From positions 36,642,001-36,706,000 of the forward strand of contig OZ260666.1 in the NCBI GenBank assembly GCA_965285935.1: DNA of 64,000 nt, given 5' to 3'. How positions within the stretch are numbered: the stretch's first letter is position 1; each line of letters opens with the position of its first letter. Positions 1 to 12,300 of this stretch are shown one piece after another. The notes beneath the pieces were generated by a model. The model saw only the letters and a program-made list of their open reading frames with translations, did no database searches and was not told the DNA's origin. The stretch is from Ophelia neglecta (Eukaryota). The position numbers were made by a program, and so were the translations under genes.

Positions 1-656
1 TGCTAATAGAAAATGTAGACAAACATCACGCAAAAGGAGGGTCATTAATGACATCTTCAGATCATCACATTTATTATTTTGAGTTATATAGTCTACCATG
101 GGAAACAGGACTCCCATTTTCCTGAGCAATCACCACAAAGAGAGCAGAGCAGGGGAGAAATCCCAAGACAGCTATTACAATGTTATGGCAAAAATTGGGC
201 ATACACTCTTCTGAGTGCCATCAATATTTCCATCACGAGAGATGCCCATTGGTGCCAAGACCTCTTGACCCAGGTCACTACCAAGTTATTTTGGCAGATT
301 AGTGCCAAATTATTCATGAAATATAATACTTTAACTACATTTACAGTGTGTTTGATATCCCTTATATATTTTCTTGACTCAGATGCATTGAGTGAATTGA
401 ATTTAAGGAAATACATTTGAGCCTCATGCAATCCCCTTCCTCATATTATTTCAGAGCACGTTTTAAAGGAGGATTCTAAGGATGATTGATTCATGGCTTT
501 AAAAAAGGTATGAAAAAGACATTCCCTTCTTTGGCTGCAAATATAGACCTTTATTTTTATCAAACAAATAATAATGGTTCTTTTTTGTTGATTTGTTTAA
601 AGAAAATTTGATAAGTATGAAGAAATGACTCAAAATACATAAAAATGCTTTGTGGC

Positions 657-1106
657 TGGGTTATACCAAGCTGGTATGGTAACCACACTATAAAATGGTG
701 GAATGGTAAGTTATACAATGGTGGTATGGTAAGTTATAACAGGGTAATATGGTAAGTTATCCAATGGTGGAATGGTAAGGTATGACAGGTTGGTATAATA
801 CTAGTGTGGTATGGTAAGTTATACCATTGTGGTATGATTAGTAATACAAGGGTGGTAATGGCAATTTATAGCAGAGTGGTATGATACATGGGTGGTATGG
901 TAAGTTATAACAGTGTTGTATGGTAAGTTATAACAGGTTTGTATGGTAAGTTATAACAGGGTTGTATGGTAAGTTATAACAGGGTGGTATGGTTAGTTAT
1001 AACAGGGTTGTATGGTAAGTTATAACAGTGTTGTATGGTAAGTTATAACAGGGTTGTATGGTAAGTTATAACAGGGTTGTATGGTAAGTTATAACAGGGT
1101 GGTATG
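657..1106. repeat. 23-bp minisatellite (unit GTATGGTAAGTTATAACAGGGTT); about 9 near-perfect copies at 893-1106 plus degenerate copies to the left
   Basis: Tandem units are directly visible; the array is intronic and ends about 10 bp from the donor of the 1116-1212 exon. Confidence 0.95.
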
Positions 1107-1115
1107 ACTGGTTAC

Positions 1116-1212
1116 CTGATGAACAAAGTCCAGAAAGCATCTTACTCCACCAGTCTTCCTGATTGGCATCAATGTAAGATGTGTCTGTCAGAATGTGGGG
1201 AATGTCACACTC
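1116..1212 (-). CDS. TIR-domain gene, exon encoding the end of the TIR domain (ECDIPHILTDTSYIDANQEDWWSKMLSGLCSS); the gene continues beyond the left edge
   Basis: Acceptor ttttgtttctag|GAG and donor TCAG|gtaacc; 97 nt, phase 0 to 1. Reads in frame with exon 2013-2336 and gives the typical TIR ending (C.IP..L....YID......W..+L). Not in the ORF track. Confidence 0.88.
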
Positions 1213-1385
1213 CTAGAAACAAAACAAAAAAGGCTACAACACATTGTCATATGTAGTATATCACCCTGCTAAAAACAAAAAAAATAAAAACTATCATATT
1301 AATTATCACATGGTGTACAACAACCTCTTTCTAATAAAACATGTTTTAATAACAGAAGCATGGATATGAATAAAATGGCAGACAA

Positions 1386-1721
1386 CCCCCCGGGGGGGGG
1401 GGGGGGGTTGTGGGGGAGAGGGGCACTGAAGTATCTATATGCCTTATGGTAGGTGCTGCCCTCAAGGGGTGTCTTTCATAATTTCTGTAATATGTAAGGT
1501 TGTCTTTTTCATGATTTATGTAATGTTTAGGGTCTATTTCAACCCCCTGCCAAATTTATATAGCTTCACTCAGAATTTGTCCAAAAAAGTTCGTTTCAGT
1601 TTCAGAAAAAGTATGCAAAAATGGCAAATTTTGTAAAGGCCAATGTCCCATTTGCAGATGCTAGGTGCCACATACCACCTTTGGTTGAGCACAGTGATCC
1701 CCCACCCCACACCGCCCCTGG
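1386..1721. mobile_element. Non-autonomous DNA element (MITE-like) with poly-G/poly-C ends
   Basis: Left end CCCCCC(G)16...GGGGCACTG; right end CAGTGATCCCCCACCCC...CCCCTGG, an imperfect inverted repeat. Same layout as 17331-17744. Confidence 0.5.
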
Positions 1722-2012
1722 TCAGGCAACCCCTCTTTAAACACCATTTAATACATGCTTGTCTCTCATATGGGGTTCCACTGTAACTGACTTCCATTTC
1801 TTTGTCTGTCAAAAGTACGTTCTGAACATGTACTACTGATAGGCTGTGCAAACTTCTTTATAGTTTTTTATTATGTTGAGTGATATTTTCGTCCCTATTA
1901 TATATGCCTGTGTCTAAGGAAAAGAAAGGAATGATTAAACTAAGTCCCATTACCCGATGGAGGCAAGAAATCAATTGGCTCTACGGTTTTAAGATTACAG
2001 ATAAGAACACAC

Positions 2013-2336
2013 CTGCAGGAGGACAACAATAAGATCCTTCTGGATCAGTATCACATCCATCTCAGAGAGCAGCTGCATATCAGCGTGGTTCCACGTGTCA
2101 GACACAAAATCCGGGGACAAGATTATCACAGTCTTCAGCGAGTTTTTTATTCCATAATGCGTACTCTGTGTTAGCGAAGTCCTTGCATCAAAATCTCGCT
2201 CATGGCAGCAGGTTTTGAAACCAAGGCTGGGTGATTCTAACTTCTCCATAACGCTAAGCACCCAATCCCGGTCGTTATGGTGATACAGGAAGAACACATG
2301 ATACTGGAGGTTGTCGTTGAGTGGTGGGGCCAATGG
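2013..2336 (-). CDS. TIR-domain gene, main TIR exon (PLAPPLNDNLQYHVFFLYHHNDRDWV...CCHERDF...KTVIILSPDFVSDTW...LIVVLLQ)
   Basis: TIR box 1 (YHVF..Y...DRDWV), CCHERDF and the betaC-alphaC IILSPDF...W motif. Acceptor ctattgtttttcag|CCA and donor CTGCAG|gtgtgt; 324 nt, phase 0-0. Confidence 0.93.
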
Positions 2337-5300
2337 CTGAAAAACAATAGAAAAGACTCATGTCTATCACATTTTAAAGAAAGATTAATCTAAACATGAA
2401 CTCCAAGACTGATTAAAAGGTAAGCTTTGAAATATTAATAAAACCCTCCAGGGATTTGTCACTATAGAAAAGGATATAATAGCAGCTGCTAAAGCTTTAG
2501 GAGAACACACTTTTTAAGGCAAATAATAAAATCTCCTGAAATTGATAACCTGGCATGTGGCAATCTGTATTACTCCAAGGTTCTACTGACAAAATAATTC
2601 ATTTGTTCATCACCTGCATTTATTATTCTCTTGTTCAGTCAATCAGAACTCATTCCATCATTTACTTAATGTGCAATGATGTTGATTCACTTTAGTAAAA
2701 AGCATACTACATACTAGTCCGGAGATTGCATAATATTGAACAAATGTGATAATAAACAATGGATTGTTAGCAAATTTATCATACTGAAGTGTCTCTTCCT
2801 TCAGGAAACAACAAGATTCAATTAAATATTGCTTACAGGAAAATATGAATAAATCTTAACAAGTCAGTATTTTAGGATTAAAATTGCTGCAGATATTTGT
2901 CAGGTACAGATGTAGTTTCCACAGAAACTGGAAGAGAGAGGATCATTTCAGAATTAAAGATGCTAATTAATTATAGTCTCAGTCTCTCCTGGGAAGAGCC
3001 TGAATGTCAGCCAACAGATAAATAAGTCTGCAGCAAAATGTTGGCTAGGTTCGGGCTTTATTTAGAATGAGATAAAGTTGACTTTGCAGCATTTTTGCCC
3101 ATAAACTCCACACTTTTGATGGAGTAACTCATTATATATTCCAATGATTTCAAAAGGGCAGGATCCCAACACTTTGTCATTATTTATTACCCATTGAAGT
3201 ATTGCACTTCCTCTCTGGGCATTAAATATGACTGTTTATTGTCTAAGACACAAGCTTATTGAACCTGATCTGCATTATCATATTAACTTGGGGTTTATAG
3301 CTCATATCTGGTATCTAACATTACTGACACTCACAAAGGTATTTACACCACAAACTTGTATATTATAGTACTGTAGATAAAATCAATTTAACCTAAAATA
3401 ATGGTTAAAATATAACAAGACCTTGTTAACATTATCTTCTAACTTATTTTTAGATGTTCCAACATCCCTGCACCTGGGGTCAATTTATAAAATGTCTTTT
3501 ATACTTAGTAAGGGCGACATCTACACTGATAATCAGAACAGTCTTGTATATTTTTTATCTGACGCCACAAATAAATAAATACAAATATGAAGAACCAAAG
3601 ATTAAGCTTGCAACCAACCGTAAGGCTACAAATGAAAAACTTGTGCACCAATCTGGTACATGTGCATGAGCGTTTTGACACAGTGGTCATCAGTATTGCA
3701 CTCACCAGTTTAGGAAAAAGTGCTAAGGAGGGAGCCAATACATCATCATAAAAGCAGACAAGTGTAGCCTGCTCTGATTGAACATTCACTCAGATCACCA
3801 CATATAATTTCCATTCACTATATATACCTAATGATAAAAGGGTCTTTGGTACTTTCATTTGACTATTAAGCAGCCAAACACAATTAAATGGCCTGTTTTA
3901 AACTGTTTTCAGCCATCTATCTGAAATATCATTTAATACCCCATCGCTCAGAGGAATTGCTAGTAATGTCAAAAGCCTGATTTTTTTTACCAGATGATGC
4001 AAATGGAAAACATACCCCATATGGAGCTGTAATGTTTGTGAGCCCACTTCTGGCTCTTACAAGTGGAGGTTATGTAAATGGAAAGCCACAACATTACCCA
4101 CCAGTGGAATAATAATAGGCAAAACCCAGCAAATTGTCACATAGAATCTTCAATTCTGAGAAAAACTCTCAGACTGTGTACCATTTACATCTGGCATGTC
4201 TGTTATTGTTGGTAGTTACCGCTGTACTGGCATAGATAAAACATGAGAGCAATATATTTCTGAAATGACAAGCATGAATTTCTCATTAGAAAATCAATAA
4301 ATTGAGCTAATTTTTTCACCATGAAAAAAAGCAATTTGTAAAAAACCGCAAATTGTATATCACTTTTTTAAAGTGCTCGCATGCATATTAATGCAATAAT
4401 CGTCAGAGTTAAAATAGCCACCTGTTAAAAAGTAAAGTTCTGATAATTCATTTCTACAGGACTTCCACAAAACCTTCATGTACGCGAGTTGTGGGAAACC
4501 CTTAATTCCTTAAATTCAAATTCAAGAACCAAATTATAATCCTAATTGTTCCAGATGAGAGTAATAAAAAACTAAAATGTGCAAGCAAGCTTCAAAATCA
4601 TTTAAAGCTCTACCATTTCATGTAGGACAGAGTGTACAGAGCCTAGAGTGGGACATAAGCAGTTGCCCAACAGCCATGGACAAGTTAAAAGGGAAATCGG
4701 ACCAGTCAATTCCAGCTGAAGTTACATATATCTATGCCCAGCCTCCACATGTAAAGTATATCACACAATATCCAATCAAATTGCCTGCCATTAACAGAGG
4801 AGTAGAAGCTAGCACTCTGAATTTGACCTATCATGAAACCTTAATAGGAGAGCTTCTGATGGGTCCCGTGTCATCGTTTATAACGGGTTTAATCTGTGAC
4901 AGGGGAAGGGGTACTAATCTGGCTCACTGAAGGCCAGATTAGCTTGAGAAATGAGCACAGTAATTACTAGTTTAAGGGTTGGGCTGACCGATCAATATCA
5001 ATTGTCATATTTGAGCTATTATTGGTTATCTATATCCACATTCTGTCACCTTTGATCATACTAGTGGTTAAGAAAGTGACCCAGAGAGCTCAAAGGAGAC
5101 GTGGCAGGAAGCCGACCAATGACAGCTAATGATGACCTTACCGATGGAAATCCAGAGTGGTCGAAATGTGGCTTCCGTCTTCAGATACATGAATTAACTG
5201 ATAATACCTTTCTGGTTAAGTGCATAAGCAATTTCTACACTTTGGGTTTATATTAAGCAAAGGAGCACATTGCATGAGCAAAAGCAGTAACCGCTTGTTT

Positions 5301-6134
5301 TGAAGGAAAACCTCGACCTGGCATAAAACAATGTTCATGAACCACATGATCAAGTATCCAATCCAGATCTGAACCCACAAACATACATCTTTAAATATGT
5401 CACGACAGGTGGAAAGTGTTCTGCATTTGGGTTATATCATGCCTGATAAACTGAGCTATTAATGGGAGGTATAAATACATAGTATAGACTGTTTATAGCC
5501 ATATTACATTAGAGTGTGAAATATTGCCAACAGTTCTGTACTCTATTTATTGACTGTGGGCTGTAACACTTGGTTGATTAGTTGATAGTGATCTGGCAAG
5601 CTGCATCCCTGTGGGTGTCATATATAACCCGTGAGGTTCGGCCCATTCCTCTGCTCTTCAACATAGCTGCTTTAGCCTGACAACCAGCACTAAATAGCTA
5701 TAAATGAGACATGTCAGCTCATTATAAGCACTATGATTGCTATCTGAGAGGAAATGATTCAGAAATCGAGTGCACCCTATTAGACCTGATTAGACCTGAA
5801 AATTCATGTACAGTGAACCTGGCTCTTGGCAAGTATACAGTCTTAGTATATTACTAAGAGCATTAAAATGAGTTGGATCGGGTGGCTTCTCAACCCCTTG
5901 AGTACATGACAATTCAGATCTACTCTCTCTCAGACCAGTGAACACCTTAATGTAGTATTCAATCCTAGTCCTCCCATGACACAACTCTAAGTGCCCACAG
6001 AGCTTAAACCATAACCAAGCCATCCTAATCAACATAGGATTTTGAACAAATGATTAATTTGTTGCTTTAAGACCATATCAGGAAAGTGGTAAGGGGTGAG
6101 GAGGATAACAAAGCTAAGAGGGACACAATCCTAC

Positions 6135-6338
6135 CTTAAGCTTCTTATCCAATATATACTGCAGCATATACTCATCAGTACAGCCGTTGATTTGGCCATT
6201 TTCTGGCCTCAGTTTGTTGACAGGCTGACAGAACTCCTCTATGATGTCTTCATAGGCATCGCCCTCCTGTTCCTCACTGTCAGAGCTGCTGACTTCACCT
6301 GGCTGTAACAACTTCTCCTCCTGGGACATACTGGTAAT
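6135..6338 (-). CDS. Probable upstream exon of the TIR gene; acidic N-terminus MSQEEKLLQPGEVSSSDSEEQEGDAYEDIIEEF...MLQYILDKKLK (ATG at 6329)
   Basis: Coding-like composition; acceptor gtgttttag|ATT and phase-0 donor AAG|gtagga, which fits the phase-0 TIR exon (…DKKLK|PLAPPL…). Confidence 0.6.
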
Positions 6339-9300
6339 CTAAAACACTCCGCCAGCACATCAAACATGCTTTATAGCATGTCACAAGTCATCATGTCCCG
6401 GCATTCATTCAGTCATAAATTGAGTATATGGTCTCCCTATTATTGTACACAGGCCATCAGAAGTGAATTTATGTCATAGTATCTAAATTCCGAGCCGTTA
6501 ACAAACTGACTATGATGTATAGTTATTTTTTCTCTGCTGTAGTACTTTCATGCTTGACAGAGCATGCTCTCAAGATGATGACACAATGTTGTATTCCTGG
6601 TTCAACTGTGGTAGTTTCACATGACACAAGAGGCAATGAAATCTCTATTTAGGAATCTCTGGACGCTCAATAAATTGAGACTGCAACGAGATTTTTTTCA
6701 GCTGGTGAAGAGAGAGGTCGTATATGCTTGTCAGCCCAGAAGGAAATCCGCACATAGATCAGCCAAGATTCCTATCAGAATCAGTACTAAGCTTGAAGCT
6801 TATCTCCCTTACACAACTTCTATTCCTTATCTTTCACTGGCCAACTTACTACAGGATTGGCCTACTCCTGCAAGAAGAGGCATGTTTGTAGCCAAAAGCA
6901 AAGAGTGCTCCCACAGCCATCACAGACAGAGTCAATACAAGTCACATAGCAGGCTCATTTCCCTCTAAGACAACTATATCTACAAACCAACCATAGATGG
7001 ATGCGGCTGTTGATTCGGTGCTAAGTCAAACTGCGGTTGTAATCAGTTAGGCCTAATGTCCTGTACAGAGGACCAAAGTCAATGCACATTGAATAAACTC
7101 AATCAGCGATACCGTAAAGGCGCACTGTTTACAGCCAATGCGGGAAGCCAAATAGATGGTTTTCTGGGATGTCTTCAAAGAGCAATGCTGGGGGAGAAGA
7201 ACTTTCTCCTTGTGAGGCAGTGTGTGGTCAGCTGACAATCCTGCTATGCACTCACAAGTTCACAGACAACGCATGGCATACTCCTTGAGTTCTTGATGGA
7301 AACAGCCCAGCTAACAGCACAGTCCCCTCTGAGCACACTCGTGCCAGCTACAATCTGAACGCAAATCTCTTCCTGGCAGCCAACAGCAGCCAACACTTAA
7401 TCCATCTCGGTGATGCAAGTCCTTGCGCAGTTGTGCAGCATCAGGCTGGGAGGCAAAATTCCAATTTGCCCCTGTGAAAACACTGCAGGGCTGGCCAAAT
7501 CCCAAGGCAAATTTTTACAAAAATGACCAAATTGTTATCTAGTTGCTTTGCAAGCAGTATTAGATATCTAAATCACTCCCAAATTGGCCACTCATTAATT
7601 CTATGGCTGTCGAAATATCCAAGATTTTTCCTAATGAAAGACAGGCGTCCCCAGGTCAACTGGCAAGAATCTAAATCATGTATAGAATTGGCATCAATTA
7701 GGCAAATGAAGTGCTGCACAATGTTGTATCCTTGCCCTTCTCTTGTTTCAGATTGGTGATTTGTGTCATCTCAGTCATTATAGAGAAGAGACAGACTTTA
7801 ACTAGCTGTCTGTATGAAACTGGTTTGCCGGCTTTGCTACAGAATACCACTAATCACATGCCGCAATGGATGGCTGGCCTCATCAATTGTGCATTGTTCC
7901 GGCAGTGATGCTGCCCACCAAATGTGCTTAATTCCACACCAATTCGTCATCCACATCCTGATACACCAAATATTTAGGAAGCGATTGGTTGGACATGAGC
8001 AAAGACCAATAAAGACAAACTGTGATCCATTGTTCATGACCAGAAAGCCAATGCCAGGCAGACACCATATATAGCCTTTGCCACCAGGGAACTAAAAAAT
8101 GTCAGTATTTACTTTACACTAAAGAAATCACACTCTAACCAAGTCCATTTTGACCTGATTTTGAAGCCTGGCAGACCACTGATTGCCTTCTTTGGGTGTC
8201 TCATTTGGCTGCAGGGCCTGGTCTTTAATGAGCACAATGAGCAGCTGGTTTGCCAGTGTAGGCAGCTGACCTGCTTCTTGTTTCCTTCACAATACAGTTG
8301 GCCCTAGTTATCACCTCCGCTTTCAGCTGCCTCTCAACAATGTACAAAATGATTGTTCACAGATTCAAAGGCCTGCATCATTCCAGGTCCATGTGTGAGG
8401 CTCATGCTTGTGATGGTAGATTGGTGCTATGACGGCAGCCATACAGGGAAAGGGTATCCCTCAGGCCACTACCAGCATCCTACAGGGTAAATGTTGGCTT
8501 GCAGTCTGTTATGTCTTGCTACAGCTGGCACTGAGTGCTTTCTCCAGTCACAGGCCAAAAGCAAACTGTCGCATTTCCGTAAAGTCACCAATGTTCATGT
8601 TCTGGGAACTAGGGACTGTTTATACCAATCACATTCAGTTTGTCTTCAAATGGTATCGTGTGCTGCATTTTCCGCAGGGACAGGCCTAATTCCAGTCCTA
8701 TATTTTGGCAATAAACCTTCCTTGTTTAAAGAGGAAATGAATTGTCATTCCCCTGCTTGCTAGTGTGTATGGGCCATCTATCAATGTGAATAGTCCTATT
8801 TTACATATCTGTAATTATTAACGAAATAGCCAGATGCCTGCAACTATAGATTTGATGCAACTGCTCCTAGCCATATATGACCCTATCAATGTAGTTTACG
8901 AAGAAGAGAATCCTCCCAATATGATTTTGATGCCACTGTCGCCTGGTGGGGGAAGGGTATTTTCACCTCAGGTTACAGTTAATGATTGATGACATTGCAG
9001 AAATCAGACCTGCAACATCTTTTATCAATTGCTGAAAATATCGTCTGCGACCACCCAAAAATTACCATGGGTACCGCTAGGCAAAAGCAATCATCTGTCA
9101 CTAACGAGCCATTTCCTGAAAAGATACTGTACTAAGCCTTTCTTCTCTCTGGCTATGTTCCTCATCAGTTTATGGAGAAAATCTGTTAAAGCAGATACAT
9201 CCTAACTTGAGGGTATTCTTAAAGGAATAAGTTTTCCAGTCAAGTTCTGAGTCATCCAATCGAAATTGGCATCATGCCCTAACAAGTTTAGCCAGACAAT

Positions 9301-12300
9301 ATTTTCCAGGTTACTTTGAAGTAAAGTAGAAATTGTCATTAGTACAACAAAAATTTGTGGCTGGCATTTAATCCAATTCTCAGACTTGTAACCCAGAGAA
9401 GTGAGTTCCTAATGTCACGCATGTGGACACAAAATGCTTAGCAACTAAGACCCTTTTTGATACTAAAATATGCTGCTCATTGAAGAAAAATAAACTTGTG
9501 GAAAGTGGCTTGCGAAGAATTTATGGCAAATGCATGCAGATCAGCATGTTTACCACAACACAACTACTTGTGGGAGTCAGCGGTTATCATGTTCACATGC
9601 TGTAATCATACACTAAATCTCAGATGATTACTTTTGCAAGGAAGCTGGTTGTTTACAGACCTGTGGTTCTGGCCTTTCCCACTCCTGCACTGAAGCTCTA
9701 TGCTTTTCCTGCAGTTTGCCAAGAAATGCAAGCATTAAAGTGCACAGCCGATTGAATACGAGGAAATAATGCAAAATACCCTATGAGTGCCATTCAAAAC
9801 TTAACATGCCACAGAGAAAGCCTAATGGTATTGATTCAAACTGACATTTATCGAACCCTGATTTATCTCTGTGCTTACACTGTAGTTCAGGTTCAGTAAC
9901 CAGGCAGCTCCACCACCAATGGATACAATACCAATGGCAGAAATCTTTCATTTTAGGCCTTCCTTGTGTGATCCGTATTTTTCTAACCTTTCATGTGATG
10001 TCAGATCAATATAAAATCATGGCATCAATGGCCAGATCGTCCAAACAGACGCTCCCCTCCATCAAGCTCATCAATAGAGGATCCCCACACTTTGATAAGG
10101 ACCTTTATCTTGCACACTGTAAGCCACTCATCTGCATGCTAAAGATCCATAAGTGCATATCTGTGCATTTCATGCATCACTGACTCTCATAACTTACAGA
10201 CCGGCTACGTGCCTATCAGATGATACCAGCAGAAATTATGAAAGGCATGCATCAAATACAGCAAGTGCATCATGGGAGGGGCAAACCAGAAATGAGGTAT
10301 AAAGGTGCATGGTGAAGATTGCTAAAAAGCAGCCTTACAGAGCAAAATTTTGCAGCAAAAAGCGATGGTAATTTTCCATTACAATGCACTTGTAAATAGA
10401 AAGCTCTGAATTCCAAATCAGGCAATTTCTCAAGTCAAGTCGAGTCAACAATTACATAGAAACATCTCGGGCACAGATAAAAAAAACATAGAAGACGATC
10501 AGTCAGTGTCAATATAATTCTGTTGCATTATACACGAATGATCAAGGTCAATGCTGAAGTCCTGCTCATGGAGATATTGGAAGGCAGCGGCAAAAATCGC
10601 CATGCAGATCAGAACCAAGTCACTCAACTCAAGACTAAACTTATTTGTAGTGATCTTGATATGCAGTGCAGGAATTTAATGTAATTTTCTGCTATTTTTG
10701 CGAGATGATTTGTGCCTTATGTCCTCATGGTTGATGCCAACTGCCATGGAAACTGCTGAAGGCACTTAAGGAGATTCACTAGAGTGGGCACAAACTTTGC
10801 CTTATTGTCAGTAAGGGCACAATTTGGTGTCTGCCTGACTGCTGTTTTTCTGCAGCACAAACAACACTCATGAAATTGATTTATTTGTCCTTCAGAGACA
10901 AAAACATGTTGCATCAATCAGAATCCAAAACATTTAAGTGTTGGCCACAGTTAATGTGTTCACTGTGACCCTGGATTGAATTAAAACACTAACCAAAGTG
11001 AAAGGAAATACAAGTCACATTATCCAATTCGCCTCATCGTAGGATCTGCCTTTTTCATTACTTCAGAATGGCATTATTTAGTATTGTGCAGCCAGTGCAA
11101 TTAAGCAACAGCCCCTGTCTACCTGCCTATTTCAGTCAAGCAGAATTTATGTGAAGCAATTTCAAGCAAGTGATTAATTTGATTTGTATTATAGATGCAA
11201 AGAACTCAATGTACATGTAGAGCATTGCCCCCGTTCATGTTACACCCCAAACTGATTACCCATGAATTGCTGGAACCAGCTTCTGTTGTGGGGCTAATTT
11301 GTCTTCTAATTTAGATGAAGGATCTAGTTGTGGTTCCTCCTTATTCAACATCTGTACCATTTTGTGCCAGACTGCTTTTCTTTTGGTAAGGCATCATTAG
11401 AAATGCTCGAGGCCACTTGGTAGAAAATACATGTGGGTTTCTTTTGGTGGAGACATGAGGCTTTTGTCTCAGCCCTGGAGGCTCTGGGGTCAACTCAACA
11501 CAACTGCTCAATCAGCTGGGCTCTCAGTGTCTGGAATACCAAATACTGAGGTCACCACACCGAACACATGACCAGGGTGAAAATGACCATCTCATCCCTC
11601 AACATCTCTCAATTCACAGCAGGCTGCTGATCAAATACATCTACTGTTCTGTAATGTTACAGAAAACAGTCACACGTTTCCTTAACTGAATAAGAAAAGG
11701 AGGTTATTTAGCAAAAGAAATCTATACCTAAAGTGCCATGAGAAAAGGTTTGTTTGAACAAGTTATCTTACTGCAACACATGATGGAGAATTCAAAGCAT
11801 TTCAACTATAAAATTAAACATTTTGATAAGAGGCTTATGGTGAATGAAGGCAGCTTGCCCTTGTATTAGAATTCCTTTATGTACCAGTAAGTAAGGCAGC
11901 ACATGATACCTATTGAAAGCCCCAAATTGAAAGTAGTGTTTTCTATACATAAATTGTGAGATTTGCCGTTGATCAGGCACATATCGCCCCTCTAGCACAG
12001 TTTGTCCTTGCTTTTCGGTCTGTGCTGTGTTGGTTCTCCTTAGTCTGGTGAAGAAGTGGCTGTCCAAGTCAGAGCCTGGCCTTATTGATGTCCCTTAGGA
12101 GTGGAGAATTACTTCACGGCACTCTGTCTAGCCGGAGGCATTTGCTTAATACAGTAAACGCTTAGGACTATTGCATTTAAAGCCATTCCCGTTTGGATTG
12201 TGTCAAATTTGATAAAGCCAACGCTGCACTGAATTTCAATGGAGGTGACTTAATCGGAAGCAACAAGGGAACAGCTTGTCTAACTACTCTCGACAGCGAA

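Noticed and set aside
657-1106. CRISPR-like array
   Set aside because: Head-to-tail 23-bp units with no unique spacers, no cas genes and a eukaryotic intron context.
1995-2333. Stand-alone 112-aa TIR ORF as listed in the track
   Set aside because: It starts at TTG and is bounded by splice sites; it is an internal exon (2013-2336).
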